Part shown: positions 48,701 to 64,000 of the stretch, piece after piece | Position numbering within the stretch: position 1 is the stretch's first letter | How the letters are laid out: each line of letters opens with the position of its first letter | Assembly: GCA_964016885.1 (NCBI GenBank) | Contig: OZ024741.1 | Location: 21,576,001-21,640,000 of the forward strand | DNA from: Eledone cirrhosa | Taxonomy: Eukaryota | DNA: 64,000 nucleotides | Direction: 5' to 3' | Program-made: the position numbers and the translations under genes | Notes under the pieces: generated by a model | Database searches by the model: none | Told to the model about the DNA's origin: nothing | The model's input: the letters and a program-made list of their open reading frames with translations, nothing else

Positions 48701-51700
48701 CCTACCTTTGTAATACCATACCATACCACAATGAAACACATTAGTTTCACCTGTCGCCATCTTCAGTGTAATTACTCTGGCTGAACAGAAACACCTACCT
48801 TTGTAATACCATACCACAATGAAACACATTACTTTCACCTGTCACCATCTTCAGTGTAATTACACTGGCTGAACATAAACACATACCTTTGTAATACCAT
48901 ACCACAATGAAACACATTACTTTCACCTGTCGCCATCTTCAGTGTAATTACACTGGCTGAACATAAACACCTACCTTTGTAATACCATACCACAATGAAA
49001 CACATTACTTTCACCTGTCGCCATCTTCAGTGTAATTACACTGGCTGAACATAAACACCTACCTTTGTAATACCATACGAAAATGAAACACATTACTTTC
49101 ACCTGTCGCCATCTTCAGTGTAATTACACTGGCTGAACATAAACACCTACCTTTGTAATACCATACCACAATGAAACACATTACTTTCACCTGTCACCAT
49201 CTTCAGTGTAATTACACTGGCTGAACATAAACACCTACCTTTGTAATACCATACGAAAATGAAACACATCACTTTCACCTGTCGCCATCTTCAGTGTAAT
49301 TACACTGGCTGAACATAAACACCTACCTTTGTAATACCATACCATACCACAATGAAACATATTACTTTCACCTGTTGCCATCTTCAGTGTAATTACACTG
49401 GCTGAACATAAACACCTACCTTTGTAATACCATACCATACCACAATGAAACACATTACATTCACCTGTCGCCATCTTCAGTGTAATTACAGTGGCTGATC
49501 ATAAAAACCTACCTTTGTAATACCATACCACAATGAAACACATTACTTTCACCTGTCGCCATCTTCAGTGTAATTACAGTGGCTGAACATAAACACCTAC
49601 CTTTGTAATACCATACCACAATGAAATACATTACTTTCACCTGTCGCCATCTTCAGTGTAATTACACTGGCTGAACATAAACACCTACCTTTGTAATACC
49701 ATACCACAATGAAACACATTACTTTCACCTGTCGCCATCTTCAGTGTAATTACACTGGCTGAACATAAACACCTAACTTTGTAATACCATACCACAATGA
49801 AACATATTACTTTCACCTGTTGCCATCTTCAGTGTAATTACACTGGCTGAACATAAACACCTACCTTTGTAATACCATACCACAATGAAACACATTACTT
49901 TCACCTGTTGCCATCTTCAGTGTAATTACACTGGCTGAACATAAACACCTACCTTTGTAATACCATACCACAATGAAACACATTACTTTCACCTGTTGCC
50001 ATCTTCAGTGTAATTACACTGGCTGAACATAAACACCTACCTTTGTAATACCATACCACAATGAAACATTACTTTCACCTGTCGCCATCTTCAGTGTAAT
50101 TACACTGGCTGAACATAAACACCTACCTTTGTAATACCATACCACAGTGAAACATTACTTTCACCTGTCGCCATCTTCAGTGTAATTACACTGGCTGAAC
50201 ATAAACACCTACCTTTGTAATACCATACCACAATGAAACACATTACTTTCACCTGTCACCATCTTCAGTGTAATTACACTGGCTGAACATAAACACCTAC
50301 CTTTGTAATACCATACCATACCACAATGAAACACATTAGTTTCACCTGTCGCCATCTTCAGTGTAATTACTCTGGCTGAACAGAAACACCTACCTTTGTA
50401 ATACCATACCACAAGGAAACACATTACTTTCACCTGTCGCCATCTTCAGTGTAATTACACTGGCTGAACATAAACACCTACCTTTGTAATACCATACCAC
50501 AGTGAAACATTACTTTCACCTGTCGCCATCTTCAGTGTAATTACACTGGCTGAACATAAACACCTACCTTTGTAATACCATACCACAATGAAACACATTA
50601 CTTTCACCTGTCACCATCTTCAGTGTAATTACACTGGCTGAACATAAACACCTACCTTTGTAATACCATACCATACCACAATGAAACACATTAGTTTCAC
50701 CTGTCGCCATCTTCAGTGTAATTACTCTGGCTGAACAGAAACACCTACCTTTGTAATACCATACCACAAGGAAACACATTACTTTCACCTGTCGCCATCT
50801 TCAGTGTAATTACACTGGCTGAACATAAACACCTACCTTTGTAATATCATACCATACCACAATGAAACATATTACTTTCACCTTTCGCCATCTTCAGTGT
50901 AATTACAGTGGCTGAACATAAACACCTACCTTTGTAATACCATACCACAATGAAACACATTACTTTCACCTGTCGCCATCTTCAGTGTAATTACACTGGC
51001 TGAACATAAACACCTACCTTTGTAATACCATACCACAATGAAACACATTACTTTCACCTGTCGACATCTTCAGTGTAATTACACTGGCTGAACATAAACA
51101 CCTACCTTTGTAATACCATACCACAATGAAACACATTACTTTCACCTGTCGCCATCTTCAGTGTAATTACACTGGCTGAACATAAACACCTACCTTTGTA
51201 ATACCATACCACAATGAAACACATTACTTTCAGCTGTCGCCATGTTCAGTGTAATTACACTGGCTGAACATAAACACCTACCTTTGTAATACCATACCAC
51301 AATGAAACACATTACTTTCACCTGTCGACATCTTCAGTGTAATTACACTGGCTGAACATAAACACCTACCTTTGTAATACCATACCACAATGAAACACAT
51401 TACTTTCACCTGTCGCCATCTTCAGTGTAATTACACTGGCTGAACATAAACACCTACCTTTGTAATACCATACCACAATGAAACACATTACTTTCACCTG
51501 TCGCCATTTTCAGTGTAATAACACTGGCTGAACATAAACACCTACCTTTGTAATACCATACCACAATGAAACACATTACTTTCACCTGTCACCATCTTCA
51601 GTGTAATTACACTGGCTGAACATAAACACATACCTTTGTAATACCATACCACAATGAAACACATTACTTTCACCTGTCGCCATCTTCAGTGTAATTACAC

Positions 51701-54700
51701 TGGCTGAACATAAACACCTACCTTTGTAATACCATACCACAATGAAACACATTACTTTCACCTGTCGCCATCTTCAGTGTAATTACACTGGCTGAACATA
51801 AACACCTACCTTTGTAATACCATACCACAATGAAACACATTACTTTCACCTGTCACCATCTTCAGTGTAATTACACTGGCTGAACATAAACACCTACCTT
51901 TGTAATACCATACGAAAATGAAACACATTACTTTCACCTGTCGCCATCTTCAGTGTAATTACACAGGCTGAACATAAACACCTACCTTTGTAATACCATA
52001 CCATACCACAATGAAACATATTACTTTCACCTGTTGCCATCTTCAGTGTAATTACACTGGCTGAACATAAACACCTACCTTTGTAATACCATACCATACC
52101 ACAATGAAACACATTACATTCACCTGTCGCCATCTTCAGTGTAATTACAGTGGCTGATCATAAAAACCTACCTTTGTAATACCATACCACAATGAAACAC
52201 ATTACTTTCACCTGTCGCCATCTTCAGTGTAATTACAGTGGCTGAACATAAACACCTACCTTTGTAATACCATACCACAATGAAATACATTACTTTCACC
52301 TGTCGCCATCTTCAGTGTAATTACACTGGCTGAACATAAACACCTACCTTTGTAATACCATACCACAATGAAACACATTACTTTCACCTGTCGCCATCTT
52401 CAGTGTAATTACACTGGCTGAACATAAACACCTAACTTTGTAATACCATACCACAATGAAACACATTACTTTCACCTGTCGCCATCTTCAGTGTAATTAC
52501 ACTGGCTGAACATAAACACCTAACTTTGTAATACCATACCACAATGAAACATTACTTTCACCTGTCGCCATCTTCAGTGTAATTACACTGGCTGAACATA
52601 AACACCTACCTTTGTTATACCATACCACAATGAAACACATTACTTTCACCTGTCGCCATCTTCAGTGTAATTACACTGGCTGAACTTAAACACCTACCTT
52701 TGTAATACCACACCACAATTAAACACATTACTTTCACCTGTCACCATCTTCAGTCTAATTACACTGGCTGAACATAAACACCTACCTTTGTTATACCATA
52801 CCACAATGAAACACATTACTTTCACCTGTCGCCATCTTCAGTGTAATTACACTGGCTGAACATAAACACCTACCTTTGTTATACCATACCACAATGAAAC
52901 ACATTACTTTCACCTGTCACCATCTTCAGTGTAATTACACTGGCTGAACATAAACACCTACCTTTGTTATACCATACCACAATGAAACACATTACTTTCA
53001 CCTGTCACCATCTTCAGTGTAATTACACTGGCTGAACTTAAACACCTACCTTTGTAATACCACACCACAATTAAACACATTACTTTCACCTGTCGCCATC
53101 TTCAGTGTAATTACACTGGCTGAATATAAACACCTACCTTTGTAATACCATACCACAATGAAACATTACTTTCACCTGTCGCCATCTTCAGTGTAATTAC
53201 ACTGGCTGAATATAAACACCTACCTTTGTAATACCATACCACAGTGAAACATTACTTTCACCTGTCGCCATCCTCAGTGTAATTACACTGGCTGAATATA
53301 AACACCTACCTTTGTAATACCATACCACAATGAAACACATTACTTTCACTTGTCGCCATCTTCAGTGTAATTACACTGGCTGAACATAAACACCTACCTT
53401 TGTAATACCATACCACAATGAAACACATTACTTTCACCTGTCACCATCTTCAGTGTAATTACACTGGCTGAACATAAACACCTACCTTTGTAATACCATA
53501 CCACAATGAAACACATTACTTTCACCTGTCACCATCTTCAGTGTAATTACACTGGCTGAACATAAACACCTACCTTTGTAATACCATACCACAATGAAAC
53601 ACATTACTTTCACCTGTCGCCATCTTCAGTGTAATTACACTGGCTGAACATAAACACCTACCTTTGTAATACCATACCACAATGAAACACATTACTTTCA
53701 CCTGTCACCATCTTCAGTGTAATTACACTGGCTGAACATAAACACCTACCTTTGTAATACCATACCACAATGAAACACATTACTTTCACCTGTCGCCATC
53801 TTCAGTGTAATTACACTGGCTGAACATAAACACCTACCTTTGTAATACCATACCATACCACAATGAAACACATTAATTTCACCTGTTGACATCTTCAGTG
53901 TAATTACACTGGCTGAACATAAACACCTACCTTTGTAATACCATACCACAATGAAACACATTACTTTCACCTGTCGCCATCTTCAGTGTAATTACACTGG
54001 CTGAACATAAACACCTACCTTTGTAATACCATACCACAATGAAACACATTACTTTCACCTGTCGCCATCTTCAGTGTAATTACAGTGGCTGATCATAAAA
54101 ACCTAACTTTGTAATACCATACCACAATGAAACACATTACTTTCACCTGTTGCAATCTTCAGTGTAATTACACTGGCTGAACATAAACACCTACCTTTGT
54201 AATACCATACCACAATGAAACACATTACTTTCACCTGTTGCCATCTTCAGTGTAATTACACTGGCTGAACATAAACACCTACCTTTGTAATACCATACCA
54301 CAATGAAACACATTACTTTCACCTGTCGCCATCTTCAGTGTAATTACAGTGGCTGATCATAAAAACCTAACTTTGTAATACCATACCACAATGAAACACA
54401 TTACTTTCACCTGTTGCAATCTTCAGTGTAATTACACTGGCTGAACATAAACACCTACCTTTGTAATACCATACCACAATGAAACACATTACTTTCACCT
54501 GTCACCATCTTCAGTGTAATTACACTGGCTGAACATAAACACCTACCTTTGTAATACCATACCACAATGAAACACATTACTTTCACCTGTCGCCATCTTC
54601 AGTTTAATTACACTGGCTGAACATAAACACCTACCTTTGTAATACCATACCACAATGAAACACATTACTTTCACCTGTCACCATCTTCAGTGTAATTACA

Positions 54701-57700
54701 CTGGCTGAACATAAACACCTACCTTTGTAATACCATACCACAATGAAACACATTACTTTCACCTGTCGCCATCTTCAGTGTAATTACAGTGGCTGAACAT
54801 AAACACCTACCTTTGTTATACCATACCACAATGAAACACATTACTTTCACCTGTCGCCATCTTCAGTGTAATTACAGTGGCTGAACATAAACACCTACCT
54901 TTGTTATACCATACCACAATGAAACACATTACTTTCACCTGTCACCATCTTCAGTGTAATTACTCTGGCTGAACATAAACACCTACCTTTGTAATACCAT
55001 ACCACAATGAAACACATTAGTTTCACCTGTCGCCATCTTCAGTGTAATTACACTGGCTGAACATAAACACCTACCTTTGTAATACCATACCAAAATGAAA
55101 CATTACTTTCACCTGTCGCCATCTTCAGTGTAATTACACTGGCTGAACATAAACACCTACCTTTGTAATACCATACCATACCACAATGAAACATATGACT
55201 TTCACCTGTTGCCATCTTCAGTGTAGTTACACTGGCTGAACATAAACACCTACCTTTGTAATACCATACCACAATGAAACACATTACTTTCACCTGTCGC
55301 CATCTTCAGTGTAATTACACTGGCTGAACATAAACACCTACCTTTGAAATACCATACCACAATGAAACACATTACTTTCACTTGTCGCCATCTTCAGTGT
55401 AATAACACTGGCTGAACATAAACACCTACCTTTGTAATACCATACCACAATGAAACACATTACTTTCACCTGTCACCATCTTCAGTGTAATTACACTGGC
55501 TGAACATAAACACATACCTTTGTAATACCATACCACAATGAAACACATTACTTTCACCTGTCGCCATCTTCAGTGTAATTACACTGGCTGAACATAAACA
55601 CCTACCTTTGTAATACCATACCACAATGAAACACATTACTTTCACCTGTCGCCATCTTCAGTGTAATTACACTGGCTGAACATAAACACCTACCTTTGTA
55701 ATACCATACCACAATGAAACACATTACTTTCACTTGTCGCCATCTTCAGTGTAATAACACTGGCTGAACATAAACACCTACCTTTGTAATACCATACGAA
55801 AATGAAACACATTACTTTCACCTGTCGCCATCTTCAGTGTAATTACACTGGCTGAACATAAACACCTACCTTTGTAATACCATACCACAATGAAACACAT
55901 TACTTTCACCTGTCACCATCTTCAGTGTAATTACACTGGCTGAACATAAACACCTACCTTTGTAATACCATACGAAAATGAAACACATTACTTTCACCTG
56001 TCGCCATCTTCAGTGTAATTACACTGGCTGAACATAAACACCTACCTTTGTAATACCATACCATACCACAATGAAACATATTACTTTCACCTGTTGCCAT
56101 CTTCAGTGTAATTACACTGGCTGAACATAAACACCTACCTTTGTAATACCATACCATACCACAATGAAACACATTACATTCACCTGTCGCCATCTTCAGT
56201 GTAATTACAGTGGCTGATCATAAAAACCTACCTTTGTAATACCATACCACAATGAAACACATTACTTTCACCTGTCGCCATCTTCAGTGTAATTACAGTG
56301 GCTGAACATAAACACCTACCTTTGTAATACCATACCACAATGAAATACATTACTTTCACCTGTCGCCATCTTCAGTGTAATTACACTGGCTGAACATAAA
56401 CACCTACCTTTGTAATACCATACCACAATGAAACACATTACTTTCACCTGTCGCCATCTTCAGTGTAATTACACTGGCTGAACATAAACACCTAACTTTG
56501 TAATACCATACCACAATGAAACACATTACTTTCACCTGTTGCCATCTTCAGTGTAATTACACTGGCTGAACATAAACACCTACCTTTGTAATACCATACC
56601 ACAATGAAACACATTACTTTCACCTGTTGCCATCTTCAGTGTAATTACACTGGCTGAACATAAACACCTACCTTTGTAATACCATACCACAATGAAACAC
56701 ATTACTTTCACCTGTTGCCATCTTCAGTGTAATTACACTGGCTGAACATAAACACCTACCTTTGTAATACCATACCACAATGAAACATTACTTTCACCTG
56801 TCGCCATCTTCAGTGTAATTACACTGGCTGAACATAAACACCTACCTTTGTAATACCATACCACAATGAAACACATTACTTTCACCTGTCGCCATCTTCA
56901 GTGTAATTACACTGGCTGAACATAAACACCTACCTTTGTAATACCATACCACAGTGAAACATTACTTTCACCTGTCGCCATCTTCAGTGTAATTACACTG
57001 GCTGAACATAAACACCTACCTTTGTAATACCATACCACAATGAAACACATTACTTTCACCTGTCACCATCTTCAGTGTAATTACACTGGCTGAACATAAA
57101 CACCTACCTTTGTAATACCATACCATACCACAATGAAACACATTAGTTTCACCTGTCGCCATCTTCAGTGTAATTACTCTGGCTGAACAGAAACACCTAC
57201 CTTTGTAATACCATACCACAAGGAAACACATTACTTTCACCTGTCGCCATCTTCAGTGTAATTACACTGGCTGAACATAAACACCTACCTTTGTAATACC
57301 ATACCACAGTGAAACATTACTTTCACCTGTCGCCATCTTCAGTGTAATTACACTGGCTGAACATAAACACCTACCTTTGTAATACCATACCACAATGAAA
57401 CACATTACTTTCACCTGTCACCATCTTCAGTGTAATTACACTGGCTGAACATAAACACCTACCTTTGTAATACCATACCATACCACAATGAAACACATTA
57501 GTTTCACCTGTCGCCATCTTCAGTGTAATTACTCTGGCTGAACAGAAACACCTACCTTTGTAATACCATACCACAAGGAAACACATTACTTTCACCTGTC
57601 GCCATCTTCAGTGTAATTACACTGGCTGAACATAAACACCTACCTTTGTAATATCATACCATACCACAATGAAACATATTACTTTCACCTTTCGCCATCT

Positions 57701-60700
57701 TCAGTGTAATTACAGTGGCTGAACATAAACACCTACCTTTGTAATACCATACCACAATGAAACACATTACTTTCAGCTGTCGCCATGTTCAGTGTAATTA
57801 CACTGACTGAACATAAACACCTACCTTTGTAATACCATACCACAATGAAACACATTACTTTCACCTGTCGCCATCTTCAGTGTAATTACACTGGCTGAAC
57901 ATAAACACCTACCTTTGTAATACCATACCACAATGAAACACATTACTTTCAGCTGTCGCCATGTTCAGTGTAATTACACTGGCTGAACATAAACACCTAC
58001 CTTTGTAATACCATACCACAATGAAACACATTACTTTCACTTGTCGCCATCTTCAGTGTAATAACACTGGCTGAACATAAACACCTACCTTTGTAATACC
58101 ATACGAAAATGAAACACATTACTTTCATCTGTCGCCATCTTCAGTGTAATTACACTGGCTGAACATAAACACCTACCTTTGTAATACCATACCACAATGA
58201 AACACATTACTTTCACCTGTCACCATCTTCAGTGTAATTACACTGGCTGAACATAAACACCTACCTTTGTAATACCATACGAAAATGAAACACATTACTT
58301 TCACCTGTCGCCATCTTCAGTGTAATTACACTGGCTGAACATAAACACCTACCTTTGTAATACCATACCATACCACAATGAAACATATTACTTTCACCTG
58401 TTGCCATCTTCAGTGTAATTACACTGGCTGAACATAAACACCTACCTTTGTAATACCATACCATACCACAATGAAACACATTACATTCACCTGTCGCCAT
58501 CTTCAGTGTAATTACAGTGGCTGATCATAAAAACCTACCTTTGTAATACCATACCACAATGAAACACATTACTTTCACCTGTCGCCATCTTCAGTGTAAT
58601 TACAGTGGCTGAACATAAACACCTACCTTTGTAATACCATACCACAATGAAATACATTACTTTCACCTGTCGCCATCTTCAGTGTAATTACACTGGCTGA
58701 ACATAAACACCTACCTTTGTAATACCATACCACAATGAAACACATTACTTTCACCTGTCGCCATCTTCAGTGTAATTACACTGGCTGAACATAAACACCT
58801 AACTTTGTAATACCATACCACAATGAAACACATTACTTTCACCTGTTGCCATCTTCAGTGTAATTACACTGGCTGAACATAAACACCTACCTTTGTAATA
58901 CCATACCACAATGAAACACATTACTTTCACCTGTTGCCATCTTCAGTGTAATTACACTGGCTGAACATAAACACCTACCTTTGTAATACCATACCACAAT
59001 GAAACACATTACTTTCACCTGTTGCCATCTTCAGTGTAATTACACTGGCTGAACATAAACACCTACCTTTGTAATACCATACCACAATGAAACATTACTT
59101 TCACCTGTCGCCATCTTCAGTGTAATTACACTGGCTGAACATAAACACCTACCTTTGTAATACCATACCACAATGAAACACATTACTTTCACCTGTCGCC
59201 ATCTTCAGTGTAATTACACTGGCTGAACATAAACACCTACCTTTGTAATACCATACCACAGTGAAACATTACTTTCACCTGTCGCCATCTTCAGTGTAAT
59301 TACACTGGCTGAACATAAACACCTACCTTTGTAATACCATACCACAATGAAACACATTACTTTCACCTGTCACCATCTTCAGTGTAATTACACTGGCTGA
59401 ACATAAACACCTACCTTTGTAATACCATACCATACCACAATGAAACACATTAGTTTCACCTGTCGCCATCTTCAGTGTAATTACTCTGGCTGAACAGAAA
59501 CACCTACCTTTGTAATACCATACCACAAGGAAACACATTACTTTCACCTGTCGCCATCTTCAGTGTAATTACACTGGCTGAACATAAACACCTACCTTTG
59601 TAATACCATACCACAGTGAAACATTACTTTCACCTGTCGCCATCTTCAGTGTAATTACACTGGCTGAACATAAACACCTACCTTTGTAATACCATACCAC
59701 AATGAAACACATTACTTTCACCTGTCACCATCTTCAGTGTAATTACACTGGCTGAACATAAACACCTACCTTTGTAATACCATACCATACCACAATGAAA
59801 CACATTAGTTTCACCTGTCGCCATCTTCAGTGTAATTACTCTGGCTGAACAGAAACACCTACCTTTGTAATACCATACCACAAGGAAACACATTACTTTC
59901 ACCTGTCGCCATCTTCAGTGTAATTACACTGGCTGAACATAAACACCTACCTTTGTAATATCATACCATACCACAATGAAACATATTACTTTCACCTTTC
60001 GCCATCTTCAGTGTAATTACAGTGGCTGAACATAAACACCTACCTTTGTAATACCATACCACAATGAAACACATTACTTTCAGCTGTCGCCATGTTCAGT
60101 GTAATTACACTGGCTGAACATAAACACCTACCTTTGTAATACCATACCACAATGAAACACATTACTTTCACCTGTCGCCATCTTCAGTGTAATTACACTG
60201 GCTGAACATAAACACCTACCTTTGTAATACCATACCACAATGAAACACATTACTTTCAGCTGTCGCCATGTTCAGTGTAATTACACTGGCTGAACATAAA
60301 CACCTACCTTTGTAATACCATACCATACCACAATGAAACACATTAGTTTCACCTGTCGCCATCTTCAGTGTAATTACTCTGGCTGAACAGAAACACCTAC
60401 CTTTGTAATACCATACGAAAATGAAACACATTACTTTCACCTGTCGCCATCTTCAGTGTAATTACACAGGCTGAACATAAACACCTACCTTTGTAATACC
60501 ATACCATACCACAATGAAACATATTACTTTCACCTGTTGCCATCTTCAGTGTAATTACACTGGCTGAACATAAACACCTACCTTTGTAATACCATACCAT
60601 ACCACAATGAAACACATTACATTCACCTGTCGCCATCTTCAGTGTAATTACAGTGGCTGATCATAAAAACCTACCTTTGTAATACCATACCACAATGAAA

Positions 60701-63700
60701 CACATTACTTTCACCTGTCGCCATCTTCAGTGTAATTACAGTGGCTGAACATAAACACCTACCTTTGTAATACCATACCACAATGAAATACATTACTTTC
60801 ACCTGTCGCCATCTTCAGTGTAATTACACTGGCTGAACATAAACACCTACCTTTGTAATACCATACCACAATGAAACACATTACTTTCACCTGTCGCCAT
60901 CTTCAGTGTAATTACACTGGCTGAACATAAACACCTAACTTTGTAATACCATACCACAATGAAACACATTACTTTCACCTGTCGCCATCTTCAGTGTAAT
61001 TACACTGGCTGAACATAAACACCTAACTTTGTAATACCATACCACAATGAAACATTACTTTCACCTGTCGCCATCTTCAGTGTAATTACACTGGCTGAAC
61101 ATAAACACCTACCTTTGTTATACCATACCACAATGAAACACATTACTTTCACCTGTCGCCATCTTCAGTGTAATTACACTGGCTGAACTTAAACACCTAC
61201 CTTTGTAATACCACACCACAATTAAACACATTACTTTCACCTGTCACCATCTTCAGTCTAATTACACTGGCTGAACATAAACACCTACCTTTGTTATACC
61301 ATACCACAATGAAACACATTACTTTCACCTGTCGCCATCTTCAGTGTAATTACACTGGCTGAACATAAACACCTACCTTTGTTATACCATACCACAATGA
61401 AACACATTACTTTCACCTGTCACCATCTTCAGTGTAATTACACTGGCTGAACATAAACACCTACCTTTGTTATACCATACCACAATGAAACACATTACTT
61501 TCACCTGTCACCATCTTCAGTGTAATTACACTGGCTGAACTTAAACACCTACCTTTGTAATACCACACCACAATTAAACACATTACTTTCACTTGTCGCC
61601 ATCTTCAGTGTAATTACACTGGCTGAACATAAACACCTACCTTTGTAATACCATACCACAATGAAACACATTACTTTCACCTGTCACCATCTTCAGTGTA
61701 ATTACACTGGCTGAACATAAACACCTACCTTTGTAATACCATACCACAATGAAACACATTACTTTCACCTGTCACCATCTTCAGTGTAATTACACTGGCT
61801 GAACATAAACACCTACCTTTGTAATACCATACCACAATGAAACACATTACTTTCACCTGTCGCCATCTTCAGTGTAATTACACTGGCTGAACATAAACAC
61901 CTACCTTTGTAATACCATACCACAATGAAACACATTACTTTCACCTGTCACCATCTTCAGTGTAATTACACTGGCTGAACATAAACACCTACCTTTGTAA
62001 TACCATACCACAATGAAACACATTACTTTCACCTGTCGCCATCTTCAGTGTAATTACACTGGCTGAACATAAACACCTACCTTTGTAATACCATACCATA
62101 CCACAATGAAACACATTAATTTCACCTGTTGACATCTTCAGTGTAATTACACTGGCTGAACATAAACACCTACCTTTGTAATACCATACCACAATGAAAC
62201 ACATTACTTTCACCTGTCGCCATCTTCAGTGTAATTACACTGGCTGAACATAAACACCTACCTTTGTAATACCATACCACAATGAAACACATTACTTTCA
62301 CCTGTCGCCATCTTCAGTGTAATTACAGTGGCTGATCATAAAAACCTAACTTTGTAATACCATACCACAATGAAACACATTACTTTCACCTGTTGCAATC
62401 TTCAGTGTAATTACACTGGCTGAACATAAACACCTACCTTTGTAATACCATACCACAATGAAACACATTACTTTCACCTGTTGCCATCTTCAGTGTAATT
62501 ACACTGGCTGAACATAAACACCTACCTTTGTAATACCATACCACAATGAAACACATTACTTTCACCTGTCGCCATCTTCAGTGTAATTACAGTGGCTGAT
62601 CATAAAAACCTAACTTTGTAATACCATACCACAATGAAACACATTACTTTCACCTGTTGCAATCTTCAGTGTAATTACACTGGCTGAACATAAACACCTA
62701 CCTTTGTAATACCATACCACAATGAAACACATTACTTTCACCTGTCACCATCTTCAGTGTAATTACACTGGCTGAACATAAACACCTACCTTTGTAATAC
62801 CACACCACAATTAAACACATTACTTTCACCTGTCACCATCTTCAGTCTAATTACACTGGCTGAACATAAACACCTACCTTTGTTATACCATACCACAATG
62901 AAACACATTACTTTCACCTGTCGCCATCTTCAGTGTAATTACACTGGCTGAACATAAACACCTACCTTTGTTATACCATACCACAATGAAACACATTACT
63001 TTCACCTGTCACCATCTTCAGTGTAATTACACTGGCTGAACATAAACACCTACCTTTGTTATACCATACCACAATGAAACACATTACTTTCACCTGTCAC
63101 CATCTTCAGTGTAATTACACTGGCTGAACTTAAACACCTACCTTTGTAATACCACACCACAATTAAACACATTACTTTCACTTGTCGCCATCTTCAGTGT
63201 AATTACACTGGCTGAACATAAACACCTACCTTTGTAATACCATACCACAATGAAACACATTACTTTCACCTGTCACCATCTTCAGTGTAATTACACTGGC
63301 TGAACATAAACACCTACCTTTGTAATACCATACCACAATGAAACACATTACTTTCACCTGTCACCATCTTCAGTGTAATTACACTGGCTGAACATAAACA
63401 CCTACCTTTGTAATACCATACCACAATGAAACACATTACTTTCACCTGTCGCCATCTTCAGTGTAATTACACTGGCTGAACATAAACACCTACCTTTGTA
63501 ATACCATACCACAATGAAACACATTACTTTCACCTGTCACCATCTTCAGTGTAATTACACTGGCTGAACATAAACACCTACCTTTGTAATACCATACCAC
63601 AATGAAACACATTACTTTCACCTGTCGCCATCTTCAGTGTAATTACACTGGCTGAACATAAACACCTACCTTTGTAATACCATACCATACCACAATGAAA

Positions 63701-64000
63701 CACATTAATTTCACCTGTTGACATCTTCAGTGTAATTACACTGGCTGAACATAAACACCTACCTTTGTAATACCATACCACAATGAAACACATTACTTTC
63801 ACCTGTCGCCATCTTCAGTGTAATTACACTGGCTGAACATAAACACCTACCTTTGTAATACCATACCACAATGAAACACATTACTTTCACCTGTCGCCAT
63901 CTTCAGTGTAATTACAGTGGCTGATCATAAAAACCTAACTTTGTAATACCATACCACAATGAAACACATTACTTTCACCTGTTGCAATCTTCAGTGTAAT
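45748..64000. repeat. Satellite array, 88-bp monomer (86- and 93-bp variants), about 200 copies, running off the window end
   Basis: Monomer taattacactggctgaacataaacacctacctttgtaataccataccacaatgaaacacattactttcacctgtcgccatcttcagtg. The first two units start at 45751 and 45839. Confidence 0.99.

Noticed and set aside
45777-63802. Recurrent 74-81 aa Cys-rich ORFs
   Set aside because: They are by-products of the satellite. The 88-bp unit is not a multiple of three, and the ORFs appear only where 93-bp variants shift the frame.

Overview
Repeat-dominated, AT-rich eukaryotic DNA. The SINE and RTE families and the microsatellite density suggest an octopus or other coleoid cephalopod, but this is an inference. 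I find no intact host gene. The window has three zones. (1) 1-33.5 kb is a mosaic of decayed elements separated by (TA)n/(TG)n tracts: a near full-length but disrupted Penelope-like element of Naiad type (7630-11679), three RTE LINE copies with a PHD-like finger in the ORF, CR1-, BovB-, RTEX- and CRE-like LINE fragments, many tRNA-SINEs, MITEs, a probable non-autonomous Helitron and several TE-derived minisatellites. (2) 33.5-45.75 kb is one 12-kb (GA)n/(GT)n compound microsatellite. (3) 45.75-64 kb is an 88-bp satellite with a 16-bp palindrome in each monomer and nested higher-order repeats. The most unusual signal is a set of hammerhead-ribozyme-related elements. A six-copy family of ~170-235 bp carries the GAAA-stemIII-GUC half of a hammerhead, but its CUGANGA strand is replaced by an inverted copy whose variants co-vary copy by copy. 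Separately, several hammerhead-like folds have a non-U base at core position 4 (CCGAUGA, CAGAAGA).
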